IMG/VR virus record: IMGVR_UViG_3300028706_000329
Location: 1-60,089 of that record
Origin: a virus
Lineage: Duplodnaviria > Caudoviricetes
Length of the DNA stretch: 60,089 nucleotides
Strand: one strand, 5' to 3'
The notes under the pieces were generated by a model. That model searched no databases, was not told where the DNA came from, and saw only the letters and a program-made list of their open reading frames with translations. Shown one piece after another: positions 59,385-60,089 of this stretch (the stretch's first letter is position 1; each line of letters starts with the position of its first letter). Position numbers and translations under genes: made by a program.

Positions 59385-59415
59385 TATTATCTATCTATTG
59401 TCGTATTTGTTACGT
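59385..59415 (-). promoter_or_regulatory. Class A promoter-like motif
   Basis: ACGTAACAAATACG-N10-GATAATA. Confidence 0.75.
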
Positions 59416-59628
59416 ATTATCTTTATAGTATCCTACTTGATATTTGCATAAAATTTCATCACCAATCCTTTGGATATGTTTTTCAATACTATCATCAATT
59501 ATAGAATGTATAGCATTTTGTACTGTGCCTGTATAGTCTCTGTATTCATCAACTGTATATTCAGCTAAGATTTGACCGATCGTTTCAATCAACTCATTTT
59601 TTTCTATTTGTATAAGTTCTTTATCCAT
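59410..59628 (-). CDS. Hypothetical protein
   Basis: 72-aa ORF coupled to the upstream ORF. Confidence 0.65.
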   Translation of the reverse strand: MDKELIQIEKNELIETIGQILAEYTVDEYRDYTGTVQNAIHSIIDDSIEKHIQRIGDEILCKYQVGYYKDNT

Positions 59629-59821
59629 GGTTTTCGATCGGTGTTAATCCTTCCTCTTCAGCGCTTGTCATCCACTCTATATAGCTTAAACTAAAACCAT
59701 ATTCAACTAGATAATCTTCATAGTCTTCACTTTGCCATTCCATCTTATTATATGTTGGAAGGTCATTCATATTTTTTTGGTATACTTTACCATCTGCAAA
59801 ATTTAGTATTGTTAAAGTCAT
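59621..59821 (-). CDS. Hypothetical protein
   Basis: 66-aa ORF, ATGA overlap with the upstream gene. Confidence 0.65.
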   Translation of the reverse strand: MTLTILNFADGKVYQKNMNDLPTYNKMEWQSEDYEDYLVEYGFSLSYIEWMTSAEEEGLTPIENHG

Positions 59822-60024
59822 TTTTCTTTTTTATTAGTTAATTCTCTTCTTATAAAATTCATTCCGGCAATAAATCCAGAATTCCATATTGAGTCATTCT
59901 CAACAGTTGTCATCCACTTGGTCATGATTTCATGATGGTCATGTACCATATTGGTTCTCACTTCGAAATCTGTTCTTTCGATTAGGTCTAGTAGTATTTG
60001 TTTATTTATAAAATTTCCTTTCAT
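59818..60024 (-). CDS. Hypothetical protein
   Basis: 68-aa ORF downstream of a class A motif. Confidence 0.65.
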   Translation of the reverse strand: MKGNFINKQILLDLIERTDFEVRTNMVHDHHEIMTKWMTTVENDSIWNSGFIAGMNFIRRELTNKKEK

Positions 60025-60048
60025 TGTTATTTATTTTAGTTACATATA

Positions 60049-60079
60049 TATTATCCTATTGTCATCGTATTTAATACGT
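60049..60079 (-). promoter_or_regulatory. Class A promoter-like motif
   Basis: ACGTATTAAATACG-N10-GATAATA. Confidence 0.7.
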
Positions 60080-60089
60080 ACTCCACATA

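Overview
AT-rich, probably complete or near-complete genome of a tailed dsDNA phage with a podovirus-like gene set. The host is most likely a Bacteroidota/Flavobacteriia bacterium; this is inferred from A-rich start regions without Shine-Dalgarno motifs and from the gene repertoire. There are two convergent arms. The + strand (0.6-44.5 kb) carries GroEL/GroES, a holin, tail fibres, terminase, portal, scaffold, capsid, tail proteins, two glycosyltransferases, ejection proteins including a 2683-aa giant, and an M15 endolysin. The - strand (60-44.5 kb) carries small early genes, an initiator-type tRNA-Met, a sigma70-like factor, ERF, a RecE-like exonuclease, SSB, primase-helicase, ThyA, MazG, endonuclease I and NrdAB. 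No DNA polymerase or integrase was recognised. The most notable observation is a tail protein with a mucin-like Thr/Pro stalk, immediately followed by a GT60 polypeptide-GlcNAc-transferase-like gene and a translationally coupled HtrL/YibB + GT-A protein; this is a candidate phage-encoded mucin-type O-glycosylation system for the virion. Other points of interest: a GACC-rich strand-biased repeat block at the left end, two promoter-like motif classes, a candidate pseudoknotted ncRNA between a KTSC gene and the tRNA, and a polyvalent-type giant protein (zincin + KFSKT linkers + PD-(D/E)XK). All family assignments come from motif recognition by eye, not database searches.
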